A stretch of 64,000 bases of DNA from an uncultured Nitrospiraceae bacterium (lineage in GTDB: Bacteria; Nitrospirota; Thermodesulfovibrionia; Thermodesulfovibrionales; Dissulfurispiraceae). Both the position numbers and the translations under genes were made by a program. Shown here in pieces: positions 29,785 to 39,691 of this stretch. Location of the stretch: assembly GCA_963727805.1 (NCBI GenBank), contig CAVSHF010000003.1, positions 1,600,001 to 1,664,000 on the forward strand, read 5' to 3'. The notes beneath the pieces were generated by a model, which made no database searches, was not told where the DNA came from, and worked only from the letters and a program-made list of their open reading frames with translations. Within the stretch, counting starts at the first letter, position 1. Every line of letters starts with the position of its first letter.

Positions 29785-29839
29785 TTTAACTGTCCTGTCA
29801 CAATAATTTAACATGAGCGTAACATTCCATTGATACTCT
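29785..29839 (+). promoter_or_regulatory. Pho-box-like array for the cytochrome gene
   Basis: TTTAAC 29785, TGTCAC 29796, TTTAAC 29807, CGTAAC 29818. Confidence 0.65.
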
Positions 29840-29905
29840 GTAAATAATTGTTGAAATGCCTCTTTGAAGGCTTACACTGTAACCATAATATGCTTGGAGG
29901 AAAGT

Positions 29906-30430
29906 ATGAAAAAGAATTTACTGGTAGTCTTAACCGCAGCAGTTGCAGTGTTCTTTGCCTGTTCTGCATACGCTATTCACGACTTAATTATCGATGGCAC
30001 CAAGTTCCCCTTGGCAGGCCCCGATGCCGGCAAGCTGTACAACTTCATTACTCTGTCAAAACCCAATTATAAGCTATGGAGTCTTGGCCCCGGCAAAAAC
30101 GAATTTACTTCTGCCAAAGAACCGCATGGCGCCTTTGTCACCGCCCGCGCGAACAATATTGCGATTGATTCATTAAAAAAGAATGAAGGCATGGCTGACG
30201 GCTCGATAATCGTCATGGAGAACTATAATCCTGATAAAAACCTTCAAGGATGCACTGTGATGTATAAGATAAAGGGCTATAACCCGGAAGCTGGCGATTG
30301 GTTCTGGGTGAAATACTCAGCCCCTAACGGATATATTGTCGCATCCGGAAAGGTAGAAGCTTGCATCAGCTGTCACTCTGCTCAAAAGGATAATGACTAC
30401 ATATTTTCCGGTGAGGTGAAACACAATTAA
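29906..30430 (+). CDS. Cytochrome P460/c'-beta family monoheme protein
   Basis: GGAGG RBS, signal peptide, GSIIVMENY, VMYK.KGYNPEAGDWFW, C-terminal CISCH...DYIF. Confidence 0.8.
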   Translation: MKKNLLVVLTAAVAVFFACSAYAIHDLIIDGTKFPLAGPDAGKLYNFITLSKPNYKLWSLGPGKNEFTSAKEPHGAFVTARANNIAIDSLKKNEGMADGSIIVMENYNPDKNLQGCTVMYKIKGYNPEAGDWFWVKYSAPNGYIVASGKVEACISCHSAQKDNDYIFSGEVKHN

Positions 30431-30481
30431 TTGGCAGCGAAATTGAATTGACGGTCGGCATTCGTGTGTAGCCTCTCTCTT

Positions 30482-30519
30482 AAACTGGGAGGACCGAGCT
30501 TCGGTCCTCCCAGTTTTTT
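30482..30519 (+). terminator. Intrinsic terminator
   Basis: AAACTGGGAGGACCGA-GCT-TCGGTCCTCCCAGTTTTTT. Confidence 0.85.
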
Positions 30520-30525
30520 GTCTTC

Positions 30526-30581
30526 TGTAATCAAAGTGTAATATGACCTTAATAATCCGTTAACAACATTTCATCTATTAT
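30526..30581 (+). promoter_or_regulatory. Pho-box-like array and -10 for the NeuB-type operon
   Basis: TGTAAT 30526, TGTAAT 30537, CTTAAT 30548, GTTAAC 30559; TATTAT 30576. Confidence 0.7.
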
Positions 30582-30588
30582 GAATGCG

Positions 30589-31545
30589 ATGCCAATGAAG
30601 AAGATCCTGTTCATGTGCGGTTCAATGAATCAAACAACACAAATGCACCAGATTTCCCAGCACCTGACTCAGCATGAGTGTTGGTTCACGCCTTTTTATG
30701 GTGACGGCATTGTCAAACATTTGACCAGTTACGGGATGCTCGATTTCACCATCATGGGCGGACGTTTCAGGAAGGAAACCGAAGAATATCTGAGCAAAGC
30801 CGGCTGCCCTGTCGACCTGGAAGGCAAGATGAACAACTACGATCTTGTGTTTACCTGCTCGGACCTGATCGTCCAGAGGAACATTAAAAATAAGAAAATC
30901 ATCCTTGTCCAGGAAGGCATGACCGACCCTGAAAATATAATGTTCTATATGTCGAAATGGTTCAAGCTACCGCGCTATCTCGCCAGCACATCAACCACCG
31001 GATTGTCACATCAATATGAAAAATTCTGTGTAGCCTCTGAGGGCTACCGGGAGCTTTTTATACGAAAGGGTGTTAAGCCTGAGAAGATAGAGGTGACAGG
31101 CATACCCAATTTCGATCATGTAGAAAGGTACCGCACCAACGACTTTCCTTATCGGAATTACGTGTTTGTTGCAACATCAGATGCGCGGGAGACCTTTAAA
31201 TACGATAACAGGAAAAAGTTTCTGCGGAAATCTTTGATGATAGCCGGAGACAGGCCTTTAATCTTCAAACTCCATCCCAATGAGAATATAAAGCGCTCGA
31301 CAAATGAAATAGAAAGCTTAATTCCTCATGCATTGGTCCTTACCGACGGCAATGCACATCATATGGTGGCCAATTGCGACGTACTTATCACACAGTACTC
31401 TTCCCTTACGTTTACCGGAATTGCTCTAAGGAAAGAGGTACATTCGTACTTTGACATAGAAATGCTAAAGCGTCTCGTCCCGGTTCAGAACGGCGGAAGC
31501 TCCGCCCGAAATATTGCAGAGTCATGCAGGGGATACCTTGACTGA
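30589..31545 (+). CDS. GT-B-fold protein, putative ulosonic-acid (sialyltransferase-like) transferase
   Basis: ILVQEG, KIEVTGIPNFD, LIFKLHPNE, CDVLITQYSS resemble CMP/CDP-sugar GT-B transferases; first gene of the operon. Confidence 0.55.
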   Translation: MPMKKILFMCGSMNQTTQMHQISQHLTQHECWFTPFYGDGIVKHLTSYGMLDFTIMGGRFRKETEEYLSKAGCPVDLEGKMNNYDLVFTCSDLIVQRNIKNKKIILVQEGMTDPENIMFYMSKWFKLPRYLASTSTTGLSHQYEKFCVASEGYRELFIRKGVKPEKIEVTGIPNFDHVERYRTNDFPYRNYVFVATSDARETFKYDNRKKFLRKSLMIAGDRPLIFKLHPNENIKRSTNEIESLIPHALVLTDGNAHHMVANCDVLITQYSSLTFTGIALRKEVHSYFDIEMLKRLVPVQNGGSSARNIAESCRGYLD

Positions 31546-32368
31546 GCATCACGGACGTAATATTGTGACCATCATCCAGACAAGGGTGGGGTCGACACGC
31601 CTGCCTGAAAAAGTCCTGAAACCACTTGGCGGCAAGCCCTTGTTTGTGAGGATGATCGAGCGGATCCGGTGCGCCTCATTGACAGGCAATGTCATGGTGG
31701 CCACTACAAACTTAGAAGAGGACGATGCTATCGAACGAATCTGTAGAAAAGAATATATTACCTGCTTCAGAGGCCATCCTCTGGATCTGCTGGACCGGCA
31801 TTACCAAGCCGCCCTCAGTCATCATGCAGATGTCGTGGTAAAGATACCATCTGACTGTCCACTCATCGACCCATGCATAATTGACAGAGTTATCGGTTTT
31901 TACTTCCGGAACCGGGACAATTTCGATTATGTGAGCAACCTGCATCCGGCGAGTTACCCTGATGGCAACGATGTCGAGGTAATCTCGATGTCAGCGTTGC
32001 GTGCGGCATGGGTGGAAGCAAATAAGGACTTTGAGCGGGAGCACACTACCCCATATATTTGGGAGAATACTGACAGGTTCCGTACAGGCAATGTTGCGTG
32101 GGAGAAAGGTCTCGACTATTCCATGAGCCATCGATGGGTCATTGACTATGAAGAAGATTATCTCCTCATACGACGAATCTATGATGAACTGGCGATCGTC
32201 AATCCTTTTTTCGGCGTTGACGATATTCTCGATCTTGTTGCCGGTAAGCCTGAACTCATGGATATAAACAAGCACCTTGTTGGTGTGAACTGGTACCGGA
32301 ATCACCTCAAAGATCTCAAAACCATCAACGCAGAGCAGACAAAATTGGAACCTATTGAGAGGTGTTGA
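31514..32368 (+). CDS. SpsF-like cytidylyltransferase
   Basis: IIQTRVGSTRLPEKVL, VVKIPSDCPLIDP, YPDGNDVEV, EREHTTPYI, RWVIDYEED; start may be TTG 31538. Confidence 0.85.
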   Translation: MQSHAGDTLTEHHGRNIVTIIQTRVGSTRLPEKVLKPLGGKPLFVRMIERIRCASLTGNVMVATTNLEEDDAIERICRKEYITCFRGHPLDLLDRHYQAALSHHADVVVKIPSDCPLIDPCIIDRVIGFYFRNRDNFDYVSNLHPASYPDGNDVEVISMSALRAAWVEANKDFEREHTTPYIWENTDRFRTGNVAWEKGLDYSMSHRWVIDYEEDYLLIRRIYDELAIVNPFFGVDDILDLVAGKPELMDINKHLVGVNWYRNHLKDLKTINAEQTKLEPIERC

Positions 32369-33229
32369 ATGACAGACGATGATTTGACCGCATTATACCA
32401 AAGAGCGTTGAGGGTGCGCGAACACATATTGCGCATGTCCACTAAGGGCGGCGCATTCACCGGTGCAGCATTCTCATGCACCGACCTGCTCGTATATCTT
32501 TATTCACGCTTTATGAACATTTCGTGCCACAACCTGGACGACCCTGATCGTGACTATCTCTTCCTGTCAAAGGGTCACGCTGTCCCTGCCCTTTATGGAA
32601 CACTCGCAGAGGTGGGGATACTCGATCACGCCAGGTTAACGAATCATCTAAGAATAGATGACGACATATACTGGCATCCAAACCGCAACGTACCAGGCGT
32701 TGAATTCCATTCTGGCTCGCTCGGCCATATCCTGCCAGTTGCAACAGGAGTGGCCCTTGACTGCAAGATGAGCGGCGCCCGAAACTGCGTTACGGTCATA
32801 CTCGGAGACGGAGAATTAAACGAGGGCAGCAACTGGGAAGCTTGCCTTTTTGCCGCAGCCCGCAGGCTCGACAACCTCATCATCGTCGTGGACAGAAACA
32901 GGTTCCAGGCAAACATGAGGACGGAAAGGTTAGTCCCTCTTGATCCTTTGGAGGAGAAGTTCAATTCTTTCCGATTATCGGCGGTGACCATAGATGGACA
33001 TGACTTCTCCGACATGGATGAGACTTTTTCCAGGATTCCGTTTGACCTTGGAAGACCGAGTGTCGTAATTGCGGAGACATTACGTGGCAAGGGGTTGCCG
33101 AAGATCGAATGCCGGGCAGACCGCTGGTTCTGCAATTTTACGGAGGACGAAATTGGACATTCGTTAGATGAGCTTCGCGTAAGCATGCATAAGGAACTTA
33201 TGTCGAAAACATCGGGAATCAGATTATGA
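32369..33229 (+). CDS. Transketolase-like, N-terminal (TPP-binding) subunit
   Basis: RDYLFLSKGHA, SGSLGH, LGDGELNEGSNWEA, IDGHD, TLRGKG. Confidence 0.9.
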   Translation: MTDDDLTALYQRALRVREHILRMSTKGGAFTGAAFSCTDLLVYLYSRFMNISCHNLDDPDRDYLFLSKGHAVPALYGTLAEVGILDHARLTNHLRIDDDIYWHPNRNVPGVEFHSGSLGHILPVATGVALDCKMSGARNCVTVILGDGELNEGSNWEACLFAAARRLDNLIIVVDRNRFQANMRTERLVPLDPLEEKFNSFRLSAVTIDGHDFSDMDETFSRIPFDLGRPSVVIAETLRGKGLPKIECRADRWFCNFTEDEIGHSLDELRVSMHKELMSKTSGIRL

Positions 33230-34143
33230 CCTATCAGGAGCGACTCACAGAAATAGCCCTTGCTGATAAGCGCTATTTTGTAATGACAGCTGAAAACCGC
33301 GCATCCATAAAGTCAATTCCGGAGTCCCTTGGGGATCGGTTTATAGATACCGGCATTAACGAACAGGCCCTGATCGGTGCAGCAGCTGGTCTTGCGCTCA
33401 GAGGCCGCATCCCCGTCGTCCATGCCTTGAGCGCTTTCATGACGATGAGGGCCTTCGAGTTCATAAGGACAGACATCGGCCTGGCCGGGTTGCCGGTCAA
33501 GCTAGCAGGCAGCGTGGCCGGATTTCTCTCAGAGGCCAACGGCCCGACCCATCAGGCCCTCGAAGACATCTCTCTCATGCGGGGCATCCCCAGGATGCAG
33601 ATATTCTGCCCAGCGGACGAAGAAGAGCTTGTCATCGGGCTTAAGGATATACTGGAAAGCCCGTTCCCATGTTACATCAGGTTGAACCATCTGAAGCCGC
33701 CAATTAAACATTCACCTCATTTCAGGATTGGCAGCGCTGAGGTGATATCCGACGGAAAGGACATTTCGATCATAGTTTATGGAATCCTCCTCAAAGAGGC
33801 CTTTGAGGCAAAAAGGGTCCTGGAGGAAAAAGGTAGGTCGGTGAGGATTATCAATCTGCGCACCGTCGTCCCTATTGATGAACAGGTTGTGCGAGCTGCC
33901 GCTAGCGAAACTTCACTTGTCGTTACGCTCGAAGACCATTTTGTCACAGGTGGGCTCTATTCTATCGTAAGCGAACTTCTTATCCGGGAAAGGATTGCCG
34001 GCAAAGTTCTGCCTATAGCCCTCGATAATCACTGGTTCAGACCGGCGCTCCTGCCACAGGTCCTAGAATACGAGGGGGTTACCGGCCGACAGATCGCGGA
34101 CCGGATATTGAAAAGCTTAAACGGAGGAACAATCCATGCCTAA
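33226..34143 (+). CDS. Transketolase-like, C-terminal subunit
   Basis: RFIDTGINEQ, RAFEFIR, NGPTHQALED, VVTLEDH...GGL. Confidence 0.9.
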   Translation: MTYQERLTEIALADKRYFVMTAENRASIKSIPESLGDRFIDTGINEQALIGAAAGLALRGRIPVVHALSAFMTMRAFEFIRTDIGLAGLPVKLAGSVAGFLSEANGPTHQALEDISLMRGIPRMQIFCPADEEELVIGLKDILESPFPCYIRLNHLKPPIKHSPHFRIGSAEVISDGKDISIIVYGILLKEAFEAKRVLEEKGRSVRIINLRTVVPIDEQVVRAAASETSLVVTLEDHFVTGGLYSIVSELLIRERIAGKVLPIALDNHWFRPALLPQVLEYEGVTGRQIADRILKSLNGGTIHA

Positions 34144-35491
34144 CACTGTAGGATTTAATCATGACTACCCCTCGATTACCGAATCTGACAAGCTCTATGC
34201 CAGAGCCTTAAACCTCATCCCCAACGCAACACAGACACTCGCAAAGGGGCCGACCCAGTATATCAAGGGTGTCGCCCCAAAATACCTAATGAAGGGAAAG
34301 GGCTCTCATGTCTGGGATGTTGACGGCAATGAATACATTGATTTCACCATGGCTGTTGGACCATTGTCTTTGGGCTACTGTTATCCAAAGGTCGATAAAG
34401 CCATTCGTCGCCAACTTCGAGACGGCATCACTTTTTCGATGATGCATCCGCTCGAAGTTGAAGTTGCTGAACTCATTCGGTCAGTTGTCCCTAACACCGA
34501 AAGGGTCCGATTTAGCAAAACCGGTGCGGATGTCACCTCAGCCGCGGTGCGGCTTGCCAGGGCGTATACGGGCCGAGACAAGGTACTGTGCTGTGGCTAC
34601 CATGGCTGGCACGACTGGTATATCGGCGTGACCGACAGAGACCGAGGAATCCCGCAGGCGATCAAGGACCTGACCTTCACGTTCAATTATAACGACCTGG
34701 ATTCGGTCATGGATTCGCTGGATGACGACATCGCTTGTGTCATCCTCGAACCGGTTGCGTTTGAGGAACCCAAGCACGGGTTCCTTGCCTGTTTACGGCA
34801 AATATGCTCAGACCGCGGCATCGTACTCATCTTCGATGAGATGTGGACAGGTTTCAGGATCGCTCTGGGCGGCGCTCAGAAATACTATAGTATCGACGCA
34901 GATATCGTGTGTTTCTCCAAAGCCGTCGCCAACGGCATGCCGCTGTCGGTGCTTGCCGGAAAGTCGGAGCTCATGGACCTGCTCGAAGATGACGTTTTTT
35001 TCTTTACTACCTTTGGTGGTGAGACATTGTCGCTTGCCGCCGCGAAGGCTACCATCAAGGAATTGAAGGATAAAGAAGTGCCCCAGTATCTGGCGCGGCA
35101 AGGCGCCAAAATAAAAAACGCTTACAACACCGTGTCAAGCTCATGGGGTCTGGAGAAGTATACCAGTTGCGTCGGACTGGACTGCCGGACACTTGTCACC
35201 TTCGGCAATGAGGCGGGAAACCCCCTGGAGATGAAGTCATTTCTCCAGCAGGAAATGTTCCGGCGCGGCATACTCTGGTCCGGCTTTCACAATATAAGCT
35301 ACTCCCACAGCGATGAAGACATCGATCATCTCATCGGTGTTTATGAGGAAATCCTGCCCGTTCTCAAGACAGTTATTGAAACAGGTGATATAAAGATGCA
35401 TTTAAAAGGAAAGCCTGTAGAGGCGGTTTTCCGCAGAACAAGCAATTTCAACACGAAACCGAAATATGGACCTATTCTCGCTCAACGATAA
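34136..35491 (+). CDS. Class III PLP aminotransferase (GSA-aminomutase-like)
   Basis: WDVDGNEYID, RFSKTGADVT, GYHGWHDW, LIFDEMWTGFR, FSKAVANGMP. Confidence 0.9.
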   Translation: MPNTVGFNHDYPSITESDKLYARALNLIPNATQTLAKGPTQYIKGVAPKYLMKGKGSHVWDVDGNEYIDFTMAVGPLSLGYCYPKVDKAIRRQLRDGITFSMMHPLEVEVAELIRSVVPNTERVRFSKTGADVTSAAVRLARAYTGRDKVLCCGYHGWHDWYIGVTDRDRGIPQAIKDLTFTFNYNDLDSVMDSLDDDIACVILEPVAFEEPKHGFLACLRQICSDRGIVLIFDEMWTGFRIALGGAQKYYSIDADIVCFSKAVANGMPLSVLAGKSELMDLLEDDVFFFTTFGGETLSLAAAKATIKELKDKEVPQYLARQGAKIKNAYNTVSSSWGLEKYTSCVGLDCRTLVTFGNEAGNPLEMKSFLQQEMFRRGILWSGFHNISYSHSDEDIDHLIGVYEEILPVLKTVIETGDIKMHLKGKPVEAVFRRTSNFNTKPKYGPILAQR

Positions 35492-36269
35492 AGTTGCCAT
35501 TGTAACTGGCGCTCTGGGACTCCTGGGCAAAGAGCACTGCATCGCTCTTGCGGAGGCAGGTGCCTACGTCGTTGTATGCGACCTTGATGAAAAAGGCTGC
35601 GCAGACTTTGCCGAGATATTAACACCACGCGGCCTTGGTGTCGGTGTTGATGTAACAGACCAAAGCTCGGTAGAAAACCTTCTTGAGAGGACCATCGACC
35701 GCTTCGGCCATGTCAACGTCCTCGTCAATAACGCAGCGATCAATGAAAAGTTTGAAAACCCGACTATGGCCGCTAAACTCTCGCAAGTAGAGCACTACCC
35801 CCTGGGGGTCTGGAAAAAGCTCATGGATGTGAATGTCAACGGAGTTTTTCTCTGCTCCAAGATCATCGGCGCTTCAATGGCGGAACAGGGCCATGGGTCC
35901 ATCATCAACATTGCTTCAACATATGGAATGGTTGCCCCTGATCAGTCTATTTACCGCAAACCGACTGGCGAACAAGCCTTTTACAAGTCACCGGCCTATC
36001 CTACGACCAAAGGTGCGGTTTTGGCGCTTACCAAACACCTTGCCGCGTACTGGGGGCACAAAGGTGTCAGGGTCAATGCCTTGTCTCCAGGGGGTGTTGA
36101 AAACATGCAGGAAGAATTTTTTATACAGAACTACTGTGAGCGTACCCCGCTCGGAAGAATGGCGCGACCGTTTGATTACCGGGGTGCTGTCATCTTTTTG
36201 GCGAGCGATGCTTCAGGCTATATGACCGGTGCGAACTTGGTTGTAGATGGGGGGTGGACCGCCATATGA
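35466..36269 (+). CDS. SDR oxidoreductase
   Basis: TGALGLLG, NNAA, NIASTYG, YPTTK, NLVVDGGW. Confidence 0.9.
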   Translation: MDLFSLNDKVAIVTGALGLLGKEHCIALAEAGAYVVVCDLDEKGCADFAEILTPRGLGVGVDVTDQSSVENLLERTIDRFGHVNVLVNNAAINEKFENPTMAAKLSQVEHYPLGVWKKLMDVNVNGVFLCSKIIGASMAEQGHGSIINIASTYGMVAPDQSIYRKPTGEQAFYKSPAYPTTKGAVLALTKHLAAYWGHKGVRVNALSPGGVENMQEEFFIQNYCERTPLGRMARPFDYRGAVIFLASDASGYMTGANLVVDGGWTAI

Positions 36270-36805
36270 GAAACGGCAGGTCTTCGCAAGCGATGATCAG
36301 GCAAAAGGCTGAAAAGATCAAGCTACTACTTTCGGATGTGGATGGCGTGTTGACCGATACCGGAGTTTACTATTCAGACGCCGGCGAGGCCATGAAGCGA
36401 TTTTCCATTCGTGACGGCATGGGAGTGGCCCTGTTGAGAGAACTGGCATGCGTTGAGACCGGGATTATTACCGGAGAGTTATCCGGGTCGATCAGAAAAA
36501 GAGCTGAAAAGTTGCAGATTACCGAATTGCATCTCGGAATCAAAGAAAAGGCCGCCGCGCTGCTTGAAATTCTCGGGGCAAAAGGCCTCAGCAGCGAAGA
36601 AGTAGCTTTTATTGGTGACGATGTAAACGACATCGGTATCATAAACAGCGTCGGACTCTCAGCATGTCCCAATGACGCTTATCCTTCCGTGAAATATGAG
36701 GCTGACATCGTTTGCAGGGCCAAAGGAGGCCATGGGGCCTTCAGGGAATTCGCAGAGATCATCATCTCTGCACGTGTAAACCACAGGAAAGCTTCTCCTG
36801 AATAA
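36266..36805 (+). CDS. KdsC/YrbI-family HAD phosphatase
   Basis: DVDGVLTD, FSIRDGMG, FIGDDVND, GGHGAFRE; ATGA overlap with the SDR stop. Confidence 0.9.
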   Translation: MRNGRSSQAMIRQKAEKIKLLLSDVDGVLTDTGVYYSDAGEAMKRFSIRDGMGVALLRELACVETGIITGELSGSIRKRAEKLQITELHLGIKEKAAALLEILGAKGLSSEEVAFIGDDVNDIGIINSVGLSACPNDAYPSVKYEADIVCRAKGGHGAFREFAEIIISARVNHRKASPE

Positions 36806-36825
36806 TGAAACGGAGGAAATAAAAC

Positions 36826-37734
36826 ATGAACGTCCGCAGAAAAGTCAATGTCAACGGTACTGAAATTGGAGATGGGCAGCCTGTCTTTGTCATAGCCGAG
36901 ATCGGTATCAACCACAATGGCTCACTAGAGATGGCAAAAAAGATGATAGATGGGGCAGTCTTTGCTGGCTGCGATGCCGTGAAGTTCCAGAAAAGGACCC
37001 CGGAGCTTTGTGTCCCTAAAGATCAATGGTATGTGGAGCGTGACACGCCATGGGGCAGAATGACATACATCGACTACCGTCACCGGGTCGAATTCGACTA
37101 CAATGATTATTCAGAGATAGACCTATATTGCAAGACAAGAGGGATTATGTGGTCTGCTTCATGTTGGGACGAGGAAGCAGTAGATTTTATCGATCATTTC
37201 ACCCCGCCGTTTCACAAGGCGCCATCGGCCTCCCTGACGGACTCCTCACTTCTTAAGAGAATGAGGGCCACCGGCAAGCCGCTGATGATTTCGACGGGAA
37301 TGTCCACGATGGAAGAAATAGAGAATGCCATTGCGGTTGTCGGAACAGACAATCTCCTAATAGCGCACTCCACTTCTGCATATCCCTGCAAGGTTGCTGA
37401 ACTGAACCTCCGTATGGTACCGACGCTAATGGGTAGGTTCCTGGGCGTACCCATCGGGTATTCGGGACATGAAACTGGGCTTGCTCCCACATGGGCCGCC
37501 GTTGCACTCGGGGCATCTTTCATCGAACGGCATGTGACACTGGATCGTACATTGTGGGGAACGGACCAGGCCGCCTCAGTCGAAGTGATCGGCATGCACC
37601 GACTTGTGAGCAATATACGCGACATCGAACGATCGCTGGGAGATGGAGTAAAGAGGATTTATGAAAGTGAGGTAGGAGTCAGGAAGAAACTTCGACGCGT
37701 CGCCGGAGAACACGAAGCGGCTGTCTGTTCTTAA
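36826..37734 (+). CDS. NeuB-family PEP-dependent ulosonic acid synthase (no C-terminal SAF domain)
   Basis: IAEIGINHNG, DAVKFQKR, ISTGMS, HSTSAYP, IGYSGHE, IERHVTLDR, GTDQAAS. Confidence 0.9.
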   Translation: MNVRRKVNVNGTEIGDGQPVFVIAEIGINHNGSLEMAKKMIDGAVFAGCDAVKFQKRTPELCVPKDQWYVERDTPWGRMTYIDYRHRVEFDYNDYSEIDLYCKTRGIMWSASCWDEEAVDFIDHFTPPFHKAPSASLTDSSLLKRMRATGKPLMISTGMSTMEEIENAIAVVGTDNLLIAHSTSAYPCKVAELNLRMVPTLMGRFLGVPIGYSGHETGLAPTWAAVALGASFIERHVTLDRTLWGTDQAASVEVIGMHRLVSNIRDIERSLGDGVKRIYESEVGVRKKLRRVAGEHEAAVCS

Positions 37735-37805
37735 TCGAAATAACTAGGGCGGGAAGGCCTGCTTATCAGGCCTTGCCGCTCAGAACCATATCCTGCAAAC
37801 GTTTG

Positions 37806-38664
37806 TTATTGCAAGCGATTGCGCGCGTAAAGTTCCAGATAAAGGTCAGAAAATCCGTACTCTTCTCGAAGGCGATGCTTCATCGTTTTGATTCCTTCTC
37901 TGTGATAGGCTGTACCCTTTTGTCCTGATTCGCACAGCCATCATTATTTTTTCCGGAGACAACCCCATATGTGTAAGTCCTTGATGTCGCTGATGTCCAC
38001 GAAATTCATGTAGATAAATCTTCTGGCATCCTCCGGGTCTATTTTGGCAGGGTTGCTTGCCATTGGTATATGAAGGCTTTCTCTGATCAAAAAAGTACGT
38101 CGGATAAGCAACGAGCAACCCTATCAGTACACCGTTAAGAGGATCGACGAAATAAAGGCCGGTGAATTTTATGATAATAGCGGATATTATAACCCCAACG
38201 GAGTCTGGCAGATCATTCAATATTAGCATCGTTGCGCCCTTGAGGTTGATGTCCGCAGTATGCTTATAAAACATCAGTAATCCTTAAGCATTAACAGCCA
38301 GGCCGATTACGGCGATCAGGAGAATCTTATCTGCTTCTAAAGGCTCGGGATGAAGTATTTTGTCGTAGGCATCGAAAAAAATATGGAAGAGAAGAAAACC
38401 GGACAGTACCTTTGCCCTTTCGTATCCGGAGGTCTTGGTACTCGTCGGGGATTTTTCTGAGAGCCACGAGACATAGAAAGCCATGAATGAGGCATAGGTG
38501 ACAAGCGCGAGGCTGTGGTAATAAATACCACCCAATAACTCGACGAAGAAGTATGGTGTTTGCAATGAGAACCGATTCTTGAAATTATGTAGCCATAATC
38601 TTTTCCGATCTTGATTAAAATGTGCTTTAAAAACGTTAATCGCGTTCCGTCCATTATTTCTCAT
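37806..38664 (-). pseudogene. Cation diffusion facilitator (CzcD/ZitB-like) pseudogene
   Basis: Fragments FFVELLGGIYYHSLALV, TSGYERAKVL, INLKGATMLILND..SVGVII, DLHIW in three frames with stops and frameshifts. Confidence 0.75.
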
Positions 38665-38808
38665 TACTTGCCTAAGGACAGCGGTCACTTCGATTGCTGC
38701 GGATGTCAGGTAAGTAATGAAGGAAGTAATGGACAAGGGATAGAGGTACATACTATTTTTAGTTATAATACAATTAGAAAAAAGCACAGAATGCGCGGGA
38801 GGCATGTG

Positions 38809-39090
38809 ATGGGAATTCTTGACAATGGACTTAAAGGTAATATTTTCACAGGGCTTGCTATCGGGATTGGGGCAGCTGTGCTGGGGCCAGCCATCCTGCC
38901 TGTTATAGTTGGCGCCGCAAAACCCATAGTAAAAGCTGCAATAAAGGGTGGCATCCTCCTTTATGAAAAAGGAAAAGAAAACTTCGCAGAAGTCGGTGAG
39001 GTCCTGGAAGACATGGTTGCAGAAGTGAAGGCTGAGCTTGCAGAAACCGGTGAACAGGTCGCGACCCCTCCGCCCCCCCCAGAGGCATGA
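38809..39090 (+). CDS. DUF5132-like small GxxxG membrane protein
   Basis: GGGAGG RBS; TGLAIGIGAAVLGP...KPIVKAAIKGGILLYEK...EVLEDMVAEVKAE. Confidence 0.75.
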   Translation: MGILDNGLKGNIFTGLAIGIGAAVLGPAILPVIVGAAKPIVKAAIKGGILLYEKGKENFAEVGEVLEDMVAEVKAELAETGEQVATPPPPPEA

Positions 39091-39581
39091 TACCAGAAGC
39101 GCACATAGTTCATCGATCTTCCAGGCGGCTGCGACTCAAGATGCCGGTGAAAAAGTACCGCGAAGATTATCTAAAGGCACTGCCTGAAAAGCTGGCCGGC
39201 TGCCCCGGAATAAGCGAGATTGAAATCAACCCGGTTACCGGAAGCGTTCTTGTCAAACATGACGGTAATACGAAAGACATCATCGATTTCGTACGGTCCA
39301 AGGGCATATTTACAATAAAATTCAGCTCGGTGAGACCGCCGTCTGTTCATCAGAGCATAACGTCAGTCTATCGCAACCTTGACGGACTTGTGCAATCGTT
39401 TTCGAACGGCTCTACGAATGCAGGCGGCCTTGCTTTCCTGGGACTCATTGCATTCGGTGCCATCCAAATCGGAAAGGGAAACTTTGCAGCTCCTGCGTGG
39501 TACACAGTCTTCTGGTATGCGATGAATATTTTCCTAAAGTCGCAACCCGATGAAGCAGGCCCCGATATCGACGCAGAGTAA
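39087..39581 (+). CDS. Cys-less HMA-like (HMA2) domain protein with C-terminal membrane segment
   Basis: HRSSRRLRLK...INPVTGSVLVKHD; hydrophobic tail with APAWYTVFWYA; ATGA overlap. Confidence 0.75.
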   Translation: MIPEAHIVHRSSRRLRLKMPVKKYREDYLKALPEKLAGCPGISEIEINPVTGSVLVKHDGNTKDIIDFVRSKGIFTIKFSSVRPPSVHQSITSVYRNLDGLVQSFSNGSTNAGGLAFLGLIAFGAIQIGKGNFAAPAWYTVFWYAMNIFLKSQPDEAGPDIDAE

Positions 39582-39691
39582 CATCACGATATTTAACATG
39601 GAGGTCACAGCAGTGATGGTAATCTTTTGTTGCTGTCCAGGATAAGGCGGAGCTAACAGTCAATAATTCATTGTTCCAAAGGAGGAATAAA

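Noticed and set aside
34136..35491. hemL (tetrapyrrole GSA aminomutase)
   Set aside because: Embedded in a sugar-acid operon with no hem genes, so called only as a class III aminotransferase.
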